A stretch of DNA of 59,139 nt, filler included, from Candidatus Woesearchaeota archaeon CG1_02_57_44 (GTDB taxonomy: Archaea; Nanobdellota; Nanobdellia; Woesearchaeales; CG1-02-57-44): assembly GCA_001871415.1 (NCBI GenBank). It is 4 parts of 4 records of this genome, joined end to end, with 100 filler letters (N's around TTAATTAATTAA, not from the genome) between each part and the next. Parts side by side here need not be neighbours in the genome. Positions count along the whole stretch, not along the records: positions 1 to 13,200 come from MNWW01000010.1; 3 more parts are not named here. The stretch is one strand, 5' to 3'. The notes beneath the pieces were generated by a model, which saw nothing but the letters and a program-made list of their open reading frames with translations, did not search any database and was not told the DNA's origin. Shown piece by piece: positions 1 to 7,239 of the stretch. Position numbers and translations under genes: made by a program. The stretch's first letter is position 1. Every line of letters begins with the position of its first letter.

Positions 1-257
1 GATAATAGCATTATCCCCCTTATCAACATCCACAACCGTAACCGCTATATTAACCACTCTTGCGACAAAGATGGACGAGATTGAATCAGCCAACACACAG
101 ATCACCTCCTGCCCGCAGGTGTACTGACATGCGCAAAACCCGAATGCATCAGCCATCAGAAGCCCGGCGCGGCGGCCGCGCTGTCAGCAAGGCGATACAC
201 CTGTGCGGCAATCCACTATCTACGCGCAGCAGGCCGTTATTCCTTCGCAGCGACCGG

Positions 258-908
258 GTGTTCGCACGCCGCAAACGCGCACAGCTCCAGATAGGCGAGA
301 GCATCGCAGTGCTCTTCATCTTCATGCTCATGGTGGGCTTTGGCCTGTTCTTTTACTTTCGCGCGTCGCTCGCGGGCTATAACGAGAAGCTCGCGTCTGA
401 TCAGAGCATGGACATCGTGCGCATCACGCTCGCGGCGCAGTCATTGCCAGAGCTGCAGTGCACGAGCCGGCTGAGCATCCGCAATTGCGTTGACCTGCAG
501 GCCATGAAGGCGCTCGCGGATGAGATTTACGGTGAAGGACAGGTCGAGGAAGCAGGAGGCAAGTTCAGCAAGGAGCTTCGCGACTTCTACTACAACGACA
601 TCTTCCTGACCAGCAGGATAGAGGCGATAATAACCTATGATGGCATGGCCGGCTCTGCAATAGACACAGACAAGTACGCTGATGATGGCTTGGGCATAAC
701 CTTTGAAGCAAGTCCGCCGCCTGCCGCCTACCCCACCAAACCGTTTATCATCTACGACAAGACCATCCTCGATTCACTGCATCCCAACACCTACGTCGAG
801 ATTGTCCCCGTGGTCTTCAACAACCCGACGCGTATGGACCATGGCGCGTCGCGGGGAGAACTGTACTTTGGCCTGCTGAGGATAACCTATACCGCACCGA
901 GGATATGA
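258..908 (+). CDS. Pilin-like protein with class III (prepilin) signal peptide
   Basis: RRKRA|QLQIGESIAVLFIFMLMVGFGLFFYF: basic residues, A|Q cleavage site, E+5-like residue, hydrophobic helix. Start uncertain: in-frame GTG at 258 chosen, ORF is open from 60. Overlaps the next gene by ATGA. Confidence 0.7.
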   Translation: MFARRKRAQLQIGESIAVLFIFMLMVGFGLFFYFRASLAGYNEKLASDQSMDIVRITLAAQSLPELQCTSRLSIRNCVDLQAMKALADEIYGEGQVEEAGGKFSKELRDFYYNDIFLTSRIEAIITYDGMAGSAIDTDKYADDGLGITFEASPPPAAYPTKPFIIYDKTILDSLHPNTYVEIVPVVFNNPTRMDHGASRGELYFGLLRITYTAPRI

Positions 909-1417
909 TGAGAAAAGCGCAGATGGAGATAATGGGCATAGCTATCGTCGTGATGCTGATAGCCGTAGGTCTGGTCTTCTATCTCTCGTTTTCCCTCAAG
1001 CCAAAAGATACGTCGGTCAAGACCACTTACATTCAGTCAACCATCGCCGCGAACACGCTCAACGCGCTGCTGCAGGTGAGCACCAAGTGCGGCAAGAACA
1101 TGATGGGCGTGCTCATCGAAGGCACGAAGAATACCGGGGCGACGTGTGTTATCGATAGGGCAGGGACAACGAAGAACCAGCTCAATGACATCGCGAAGCC
1201 GGCGATTAAGATAATACTGGACTCATCCATCAAGGCCCGCAACCTCGACTATGAGTTCACGTCGCAGGCCGTGATCAGCACAACGTCTGAGCTGTTCATA
1301 TCAAGCAAGACAGGTGCATCTGGTGCATATGTGCAAGTCTGCACCCGCTCGCGCGAGACAGAGACGCAGCCATTAGGGCTGGTGAGAGTATCCCTCTCGG
1401 TGTGCAACAATGGCTGA
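905..1417 (+). CDS. Pilin-like protein with class III signal peptide
   Basis: MMRKA|QMEIMGIAIVVMLIAVGLVFYLSF; four Cys in the head domain; coupled to its neighbours. Confidence 0.8.
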   Translation: MMRKAQMEIMGIAIVVMLIAVGLVFYLSFSLKPKDTSVKTTYIQSTIAANTLNALLQVSTKCGKNMMGVLIEGTKNTGATCVIDRAGTTKNQLNDIAKPAIKIILDSSIKARNLDYEFTSQAVISTTSELFISSKTGASGAYVQVCTRSRETETQPLGLVRVSLSVCNNG

Positions 1418-1538
1418 GGACGAGACAGATAGCATGTCGCCCACATTGGTGGTGACGATGATACTATTGGCAGTATTCATCCTGGTGCTCATCATGGCCT
1501 TCGTGGGCCTGAAGAGGGCGATAGGGGTGGTACCATGA
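1410..1538 (+). CDS. Small single-TM protein, 42 aa (absent from ORF track)
   Basis: My translation: MAEDETDSMSPTLVVTMILLAVFILVLIMAFVGLKRAIGVVP*. It fills the gap exactly, overlapping the upstream stop and forming an ATGA overlap with the 1535 start. Confidence 0.65.
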   Translation: MAEDETDSMSPTLVVTMILLAVFILVLIMAFVGLKRAIGVVP

Positions 1539-2407
1539 AGAGAGGAGCGGTGAGCCTGCTGGTGACGTTGTTGGCCCTGCTGCTCGCGGCGGCCATCCTT
1601 TTTGCGTTGCATATCGAGCAGCTCAAGAGAATGGACAGGTTCAGCAAGGATCAGATATGTGAGCTGTCCGTGTTCGGCAGAGCAACCACAGCGAAGAGGA
1701 CCGGGGGGACAGAGACCTTGGTAGGTCTGGACTGCGAGACCTATAAGGTGAAAATGACCGGAGAGGGTATTCTGCTCAATAATAAGCCGCTGGACAAGAC
1801 GATGAACTATAAGCGCCTTTCTGATCCTGATGCGCAGACCCGGATGAACGGCGCCATCGCTGAGGAGATGCGCTCCTGCTGGTATCGGTTCCTGGAGGGC
1901 AATCTGGATCCTTTTGAGCGCTTCGGAGGTAACTCCCGGTGTGCCATGTGCTCGACCATCGCGTTTGACGATGAGGTGAGCAGGCAGGTGCCGACGCTTG
2001 ACGGTCTCAATGATTACCTCACAGACAACAAGATCCCTTCCGGGGGTGTGACGTATCTCCAGTATCTCACCAAGGGAGCGACCGCCTGGAGCGGCCCGCC
2101 GGTAAGCATCGACACCAGCAAGACCTATGGCATCGTCTACATCTCTGACAAGAAGGACGGTACCAAGTGGGGCGTTACCTGGGGCGCTGCGGCGTGCGCG
2201 GGCTGGCTGCTTGCGGGCATCCCCACCAGCGGCGCTGCGTGGATAGGCGCAGTGGGGGTGTGCGGAAGTGCCGTCGGTCTCGGATTGGCTGGCGAGGGTG
2301 TCATGTCATCGAAAGGCGCGTGGAAGGTGCACACGGACGCGAAACAATTATACGTCGCGCTCATGCCGCTGAGCGAATTGGGTACCAGCTGCAAGCGTTT
2401 TGACTGA
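1535..2407 (+). CDS. Cys-containing pilin-like protein with an internal Gly/Ala-rich hydrophobic hairpin
   Basis: MKRG|AVSLLVTLLALLLAAAILF; motifs EMRSCW..F..G, CAMCS and LNDYL are shared with 2435..3793. Confidence 0.75.
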   Translation: MKRGAVSLLVTLLALLLAAAILFALHIEQLKRMDRFSKDQICELSVFGRATTAKRTGGTETLVGLDCETYKVKMTGEGILLNNKPLDKTMNYKRLSDPDAQTRMNGAIAEEMRSCWYRFLEGNLDPFERFGGNSRCAMCSTIAFDDEVSRQVPTLDGLNDYLTDNKIPSGGVTYLQYLTKGATAWSGPPVSIDTSKTYGIVYISDKKDGTKWGVTWGAAACAGWLLAGIPTSGAAWIGAVGVCGSAVGLGLAGEGVMSSKGAWKVHTDAKQLYVALMPLSELGTSCKRFD

Positions 2408-2434
2408 ACAACGTTGTGACGAAACGAGCCAAGC

Positions 2435-3793
2435 ATGGGAAGAAAAGCGACACTCAACGGTATTTTGATAGGACTGGTGGCGTTGGCGCTGGCATTGCTG
2501 GTCATCGTCCTGGCGTTCATCGGGCCATTCAGTAGCGGAAGCGAGCGCATCACGATATTCAACCTGTGCCGTGGCTCGGTGGCCGCGAACGCGGCGGCGC
2601 ACATCCGTGCCTTCGGCTTTGAGCTGTTCAACGACTTAGGGGAGAACATCGAGCTCATGTGCCCTACCTTGATAATTCCTGTAAAGAAAGGTGATGAGTA
2701 CACCAGGACCGCGCGGGAGATGCAATACTGCTACAACCAATACGGCGCAGGCAACTGGGAGATCTTTGACACCGAGTCCGGCAACTTCTGCGCTGTCTGC
2801 TCGCGGCTGATATACAGGGAGAATCCGGGGGTAGCAAAGCTCAACGACTATCTCATGACGACCGAGGCCTATGATGGCAGGACCTACTTTGAGGAGTTCA
2901 CCGGTGATGCGCCGACGGATGCGGCGAAGCAGGATATCGATAAGGCGTTGTCAGCCGCGGGTCAGTTTCAGGACAACGATCTGGCTGTGGTGTTCGTGAT
3001 GAACAAGGCCGCGGCCAATGACGCTGACGCATGGCGGCTCTATGGGACGGCAGGGGGCCTTGCTGTCGACCTGTTTTCTCTGGGTCTGGGCAAGATAGTC
3101 AAGACAGCGCGCGCAGGTCTCTTCGCGACCAAGGCGACGAAGATTGCCGCGGCAGAGGCTGCTGAGGCCGCGGCCAAGGCGGCGACAAGAGGCATGGAGG
3201 CGCGTATAGCGTCAGGCCTCGCATCGCACACAGCAGAATTCGCGCTTTCAGGGTCAGAGGTCATGGTGACCATCGCGAAGCAGGATGCGGTGGCGAAGGC
3301 GGCAGCTGCCGCAGGTGGCCGGGCAGTGACGGAAGGCGTGACCGCCGCGACCAAGAAGGCGGCGGCAGAGCAGCTGACCAAGTCAGCGGCGGCGCGCTTT
3401 GCTGAGACCGAGGCGGTGAAGATAAGCGCTGACGCGGCGCAGCGTATAGAGGCGTCGATAGCGGATCAGTTGATAGCTGAGGGTCTGATCCTCTCGTCAG
3501 ACAGGGCCATCGCAGAGCGCATCGCCAAGGAGGCGGCGGAGGAAGTCATAGGCGCTTCCGCCAAGGCGCTGAATGTGGGTTATCAGAGCGCTATCAGATC
3601 CGTGCTCACGAGAGTGGCGAGCTGGGTATTTGGCGGCGCGTCCACAGGGAGAGCAACGGGCTATCATCTGGGCAAGAAGCACACCAGCGCGACGTATGAG
3701 ACGCACGTGCTCCTGTATCCGTATGAATACCTCTACGAGCTTGACTGCACGAGACTGGAAGGGGACGCTGAAGGAATCAGGGTGGTGGGGTGA
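2435..3793 (+). CDS. Cys-containing pilin-like protein with a long Ala-rich insertion; paralogue of 1535..2407
   Basis: MGRKA|TLNGILIGLVALALALLVIV; EMQYCY..Y..G, CAVCS, LNDYL; about 200 aa Ala-rich helical insert. Confidence 0.75.
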   Translation: MGRKATLNGILIGLVALALALLVIVLAFIGPFSSGSERITIFNLCRGSVAANAAAHIRAFGFELFNDLGENIELMCPTLIIPVKKGDEYTRTAREMQYCYNQYGAGNWEIFDTESGNFCAVCSRLIYRENPGVAKLNDYLMTTEAYDGRTYFEEFTGDAPTDAAKQDIDKALSAAGQFQDNDLAVVFVMNKAAANDADAWRLYGTAGGLAVDLFSLGLGKIVKTARAGLFATKATKIAAAEAAEAAAKAATRGMEARIASGLASHTAEFALSGSEVMVTIAKQDAVAKAAAAAGGRAVTEGVTAATKKAAAEQLTKSAAARFAETEAVKISADAAQRIEASIADQLIAEGLILSSDRAIAERIAKEAAEEVIGASAKALNVGYQSAIRSVLTRVASWVFGGASTGRATGYHLGKKHTSATYETHVLLYPYEYLYELDCTRLEGDAEGIRVVG

Positions 3794-3814
3794 ACAAGAG
3801 CTCGATACGCTGGC

Positions 3815-4603
3815 TTATGTGCTTGGCGCCATCACATATTTCAGCTGAGTGGGATTCTTACCCGTGAATCTGAATGAGAATGGTTCTGTTACTCTATTCT
3901 CTGCATAGCAGACATACACGATGTTATTATCAGCACGGCATCCTATGTAATAACTGGTGTCTTGATTGTCTTGGCTCATCACGCTCCAATCATAATGGTC
4001 ATAGCCTCTTTCATGAATCTCATCTATCTTCATCAGATAGACTTTGTTGTCAAACGCGATGACATGGATCTCTCCCGGATTGAAGCGGGCGGCTTGCCAG
4101 TCTTCGACATCGACCTTCTCGATCGTCGCTGAGCCACTTGATACATCAGTCACTCTGATACCAAAAGGCGCTGGTTTGATATTGGGCAGGCCGATACCTC
4201 CTTTTTGCATCTTATCAGATGAGGATGTGCCGGAGCCGTCATTGATAGTGAAGTATACATAATCTCCTTCCACTTTATCGACCTTCACGTTGTAGTTATC
4301 GCCGTCTGCCTGCATGGTAGTGGAACTGCCCACAGTAACGCTCGTTCCGGTACCCCCTGTGTCGGTTCCTCCCCCGCTTTCGGTTCCTCCAGCGGTTCCT
4401 GTCCCGCTGTCGGTTGCGTCTTTGCCCGGGATTATGCCGGTAACCGTCTTTTTGATGCCCTCATAGGCAGGGTTGGTGGTATCATCGGAGTTCTTCAGGA
4501 AATTCATGACTGGTTTGGTGGCTGCCATGAGTATCACCACGACCAGAACCGCGACAAGCAGGAGTTTTCCAAGCTGTCCCCACGCGAATCCTTTCTTGTT
4601 CAT
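3815..4603 (-). CDS. Pilin-like/adhesin-like protein: class III signal, G/T-rich linker, beta-rich head
   Basis: MNKKG|FAWGQLGKLLLVAVLVVVILMAA; start at 4603 gives an ATGA overlap with the upstream stop; linker DSGTGTAGGTESGGGTDTGGTGT. Confidence 0.75.
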   Translation of the reverse strand: MNKKGFAWGQLGKLLLVAVLVVVILMAATKPVMNFLKNSDDTTNPAYEGIKKTVTGIIPGKDATDSGTGTAGGTESGGGTDTGGTGTSVTVGSSTTMQADGDNYNVKVDKVEGDYVYFTINDGSGTSSSDKMQKGGIGLPNIKPAPFGIRVTDVSSGSATIEKVDVEDWQAARFNPGEIHVIAFDNKVYLMKIDEIHERGYDHYDWSVMSQDNQDTSYYIGCRADNNIVYVCYAENRVTEPFSFRFTGKNPTQLKYVMAPST

Positions 4604-4851
4604 GGTTCTTTCACGCAGCATTTCTCGTTCTGGTTCGGGCAGCCAAGGCCGAGCGCGTAGGAGCTATACCCTTGTTTCTCGCTGCAGCTTTTCACCACGA
4701 AGCACTCGCCTCCTTTGCTCGCGCACTGGTTTGACTTGGTGAAATTAGAGGAACTCTGGCTGAATATCACGAGCATGACCGCGACGATGAGCAGCAGCAG
4801 CATGGCGAAGACAACAATCTTCAATGCGGTGGTGTCGCCGTGCTTATCCAT
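4600..4851 (-). CDS. Small pilin-like protein with 6-Cys (beta-defensin-like spacing) head
   Basis: MDKHG|DTTALKIVVFAMLLLLIVAVMLVIF, then C-x6-C-x5-C-x14-C-x6-CC. Confidence 0.75.
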   Translation of the reverse strand: MDKHGDTTALKIVVFAMLLLLIVAVMLVIFSQSSSNFTKSNQCASKGGECFVVKSCSEKQGYSSYALGLGCPNQNEKCCVKEP

Positions 4852-4870
4852 GGGAATGCCTTATGTAGTG

Positions 4871-5173
4871 TCAATTTATCGGGATGCAGCAGACGCGGGT
4901 AGGATTGCTGTCGCATTCTGTTCCCTTGATGGTTGAGAAGATCTTGCCGCCTGTTGCCTGTGTATTGACTACATTGATGTTGCACTCACAGGGGCCTGTG
5001 GGCGGACAGGTATTGCTGCACGTCCCGCCTTTCTGGCTGCAGCTTTTCGTGCTCTCCACCACATTCCTGCTGCTGTTGGCGAAGATGACCACAAGGACTG
5101 CCATGATGATGAGCAGCAGCACCGCGATGATGACTATCTGCAGGGAAAACGTGCCTTTCTTCATGGTTCTCAC
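4871..5173 (-). CDS. Small pilin-like protein with 8-Cys head
   Basis: MKKG|TFSLQIVIIAVLLLIIMAVLVVIF, then CSQKGGTC...CC. Start is GTG 5173 or ATG 5164. Confidence 0.8.
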   Translation of the reverse strand: MRTMKKGTFSLQIVIIAVLLLIIMAVLVVIFANSSRNVVESTKSCSQKGGTCSNTCPPTGPCECNINVVNTQATGGKIFSTIKGTECDSNPTRVCCIPIN

Positions 5174-5424
5174 GTGGGTATGCAGCAGGCAACCGCTGTC
5201 GTGCCGACCTTGCAGTCTGTGCCGATGACCGAGCCCTGGCCATCAGGGCAGGTGCCGCCGACCGTGGTTACGCACGTGCCGCCCTTGGCCGTGCAGCTCT
5301 TGACGTTCTCGACGAAATTGCGGTTGCTGCTGATGAAGATGGCCAGCAGCACGGCCAGCACGATGAGCAGGAGCACTGCGATGATGATTATCTGCAGGCT
5401 CAGCTCGCCCTTTACTGCCTTCAT
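5170..5424 (-). CDS. Small pilin-like protein with 6-Cys (beta-defensin-like spacing) head
   Basis: MKAVKG|ELSLQIIIIAVLLLIVLAVLLAIF, then C-x6-C-x7-C-x11-C-x8-CC; start at 5424 gives an ATGA overlap. Confidence 0.8.
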   Translation of the reverse strand: MKAVKGELSLQIIIIAVLLLIVLAVLLAIFISSNRNFVENVKSCTAKGGTCVTTVGGTCPDGQGSVIGTDCKVGTTAVACCIPT

Positions 5425-5687
5425 TGGGTTGGTACGCAGCATATCTTTTCCCTGTCAATCGTGCCATCAGCTTTGTAGCAGGACTGCGCGGGGTTCTTGG
5501 CGAATCCCTCCAAGCAGCCGGTGGCTGCCGCAGCGCACTGCTGCGTGCTGATGTCCAGGCAGTTGTTCACGCTCTTGCCGAACTTGATCTGGTTGCTCAG
5601 GAATGTCGCCGAGAGCACGACCAGGACAAGGAGCACGATGATGGCGATGATTATCACATTCAATGACATGGATTGCGCCTTTCGCAT
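5421..5687 (-). CDS. Small pilin-like protein with 6-Cys head
   Basis: MRKA|QSMSLNVIIIAIIVLLVLVVLSATF, then C-x7-C-x6-C-x11-C-x12-CC; ATG at 5687 is preceded by an AGAGGTGA Shine-Dalgarno. Confidence 0.8.
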   Translation of the reverse strand: MRKAQSMSLNVIIIAIIVLLVLVVLSATFLSNQIKFGKSVNNCLDISTQQCAAAATGCLEGFAKNPAQSCYKADGTIDREKICCVPTQ

Positions 5688-5692
5688 GATGG

Positions 5693-5732
5693 TCACCTCT
5701 GAGTGGATTTTAGCGGCCCTTCTATTTAAATA
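5693..5732 (-). promoter_or_regulatory. Archaeal TATA box and Shine-Dalgarno for the Cys-pilin operon
   Basis: TTTAAATA on the minus strand (5730-5723) about 40 nt above ATG 5687; AGAGGTGA at 5700-5693. Confidence 0.6.
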
Positions 5733-5750
5733 TTGCCCTGGCTGCAACCC

Positions 5751-5876
5751 TCAGGGCGGTAGGATGGGTTGCGTGCCGAACTGGACTGCCTTGATGGCGA
5801 ACAATGCTATGAAGAAGATGGCGACTGCCGCGATGATGATATATCCTATCATGGACATGGCCATGCCTTTTCTCAT
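5751..5876 (-). CDS. Micro-pilin, 41 aa (absent from ORF track)
   Basis: My translation: MRKG|MAMSMIGYIIIAAVAIFFIALFAIKAVQFGTQPILPP*; ATGA overlap with the stop of 5873..6070. Confidence 0.7.
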   Translation of the reverse strand: MRKGMAMSMIGYIIIAAVAIFFIALFAIKAVQFGTQPILPP

Positions 5877-6070
5877 CCTATCGGCCTCCCGAACAGAGCG
5901 AATATCCTGGCATTCGCGTCCGCGCCGCCTTTTCCAAATGCTGCGATGATGATGACGATGGCGAGAAGCGCTATGGCCGCAGCGATGACCCAGAACATGA
6001 CCGTGGTGCTGACTTCAGCGTGTCTTTGCTTTGTGCAGTAGCTTAGCTTCGTGCGGCATCTTCGCTTCAT
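5873..6070 (-). CDS. Micro-pilin-like protein
   Basis: ...KQRHA|EVSTTVMFWVIAAAIALLAIVIIIAAF; basic leader, hydrophobic helix, very short tail. Confidence 0.6.
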   Translation of the reverse strand: MKRRCRTKLSYCTKQRHAEVSTTVMFWVIAAAIALLAIVIIIAAFGKGGADANARIFALFGRPIG

Positions 6071-6093
6071 GCAGCATCCTTGCCCGTCGAGAC

Positions 6094-6606
6094 TTATATA
6101 CTTTGCGCCAATGCAGTATAGACCGGGCCCTGCGATGTCAGGGTACTCTCATAGAGCGTCACGTGCGATACCGTGAATCGCAAGGTCGGCGGAGCAGGAA
6201 ACCTTGTCAGGTCCATAGTACCACTCCCTCCGGGCATCTTCGCCCGAAAGAGCGTTACATGAGGCACAAACCCCGGCTCAGCATCCTGACCTGCCGGAAA
6301 GCCCAGTGCGTCATCGACGTTTCTCTTCAGTTCCTGCCATGCTCCGGACACACCTGTCCAGACGACACGGCTTCCAAATGAGCCAATAGCAGTCAGCGAG
6401 GCGTCAAATGGCCTGAAGCAGAATCGTGACAACCGCTCCTTCAGCGCATCCAGGTCGCAATCATCAGGCAGCTGCTCCCCGATAAAGCGTAGTGTCACGT
6501 GGAACTGCCTGGCAGGCCGCAATCCAGCCACATCGACCTGTTCCTGATAGCGCGCCAACTGCGCGCGCTCATCATCAGGCAGGGCAACAGCGATAAAGAG
6601 TCTCAT
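6094..6606 (-). CDS. thpR: RNA 2',3'-cyclic phosphodiesterase (2H phosphoesterase, 2'-5' RNA ligase family)
   Basis: MRLFIAV N-terminus; two HxT motifs (HVTLRF, PHVTLFR); LYESTL...GPVY C-terminus. Confidence 0.9.
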   Translation of the reverse strand: MRLFIAVALPDDERAQLARYQEQVDVAGLRPARQFHVTLRFIGEQLPDDCDLDALKERLSRFCFRPFDASLTAIGSFGSRVVWTGVSGAWQELKRNVDDALGFPAGQDAEPGFVPHVTLFRAKMPGGSGTMDLTRFPAPPTLRFTVSHVTLYESTLTSQGPVYTALAQSI

Positions 6607-6630
6607 GAAAAAGAAGGAAAAAAGGGAGGA

Positions 6631-7035
6631 TTACTCCTCCTTCTCCTCAACATCATCGGACGAGTCATCTGAAGATTCATCAGCTGTCTCATCAGAGGAT
6701 TCATCAGCCGCATCATCGGATGCATCGTCTGACGATTCCTCGCCGAAATCCTCAGTGTCCTCATATTCCTGCTCAGGCTCTGGCTGGACACTGGGGGCGT
6801 TGCTCGGGGCTGCGGCGCCGCTGCCTTGGCCAATGACCTCAGCGAATCCGACTTTGCGCAGCACCTTGGTGATCCTGACCTTGACAACCTGACCCTGCTT
6901 GGTGTTTGGGACGAATAGTACAAAGCCCTTCACTTTGGCAATGCCGTCGCCTTTCTCGCCGACAGCTTCGATGGTCACGTCAAGCTCTTCGCCTTCACTT
7001 ACTGGAGCAAAGCTCCTTCTCTCACTTCCATACAT
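6631..7035 (-). CDS. Single TRAM-domain RNA-binding protein with acidic tail
   Basis: APVSEGEELDVTIEAVGEKGDGIAKVKGFVLFVP...VKVRITKV...FAEV; D/E/S-rich C-terminus. Confidence 0.9.
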   Translation of the reverse strand: MYGSERRSFAPVSEGEELDVTIEAVGEKGDGIAKVKGFVLFVPNTKQGQVVKVRITKVLRKVGFAEVIGQGSGAAAPSNAPSVQPEPEQEYEDTEDFGEESSDDASDDAADESSDETADESSDDSSDDVEEKEE

Positions 7036-7239
7036 TGCTATTTCACCTATTTCTTTTTGCCGATACCGGCACTTCTATCTGACCTGCATTATTTCACTCC
7101 AGTATAAAAAGGTTTGGCAGGAAAAAGCGTAAAACGCTCAATATGGCCTGAAATGGGGTGCACAAACAGCGGAATAGCCAAAAAACCGTGTTGTCTGCTG
7201 TTCATAGCATCCCGGATATGCCAGTCACTAACGGGTCTG

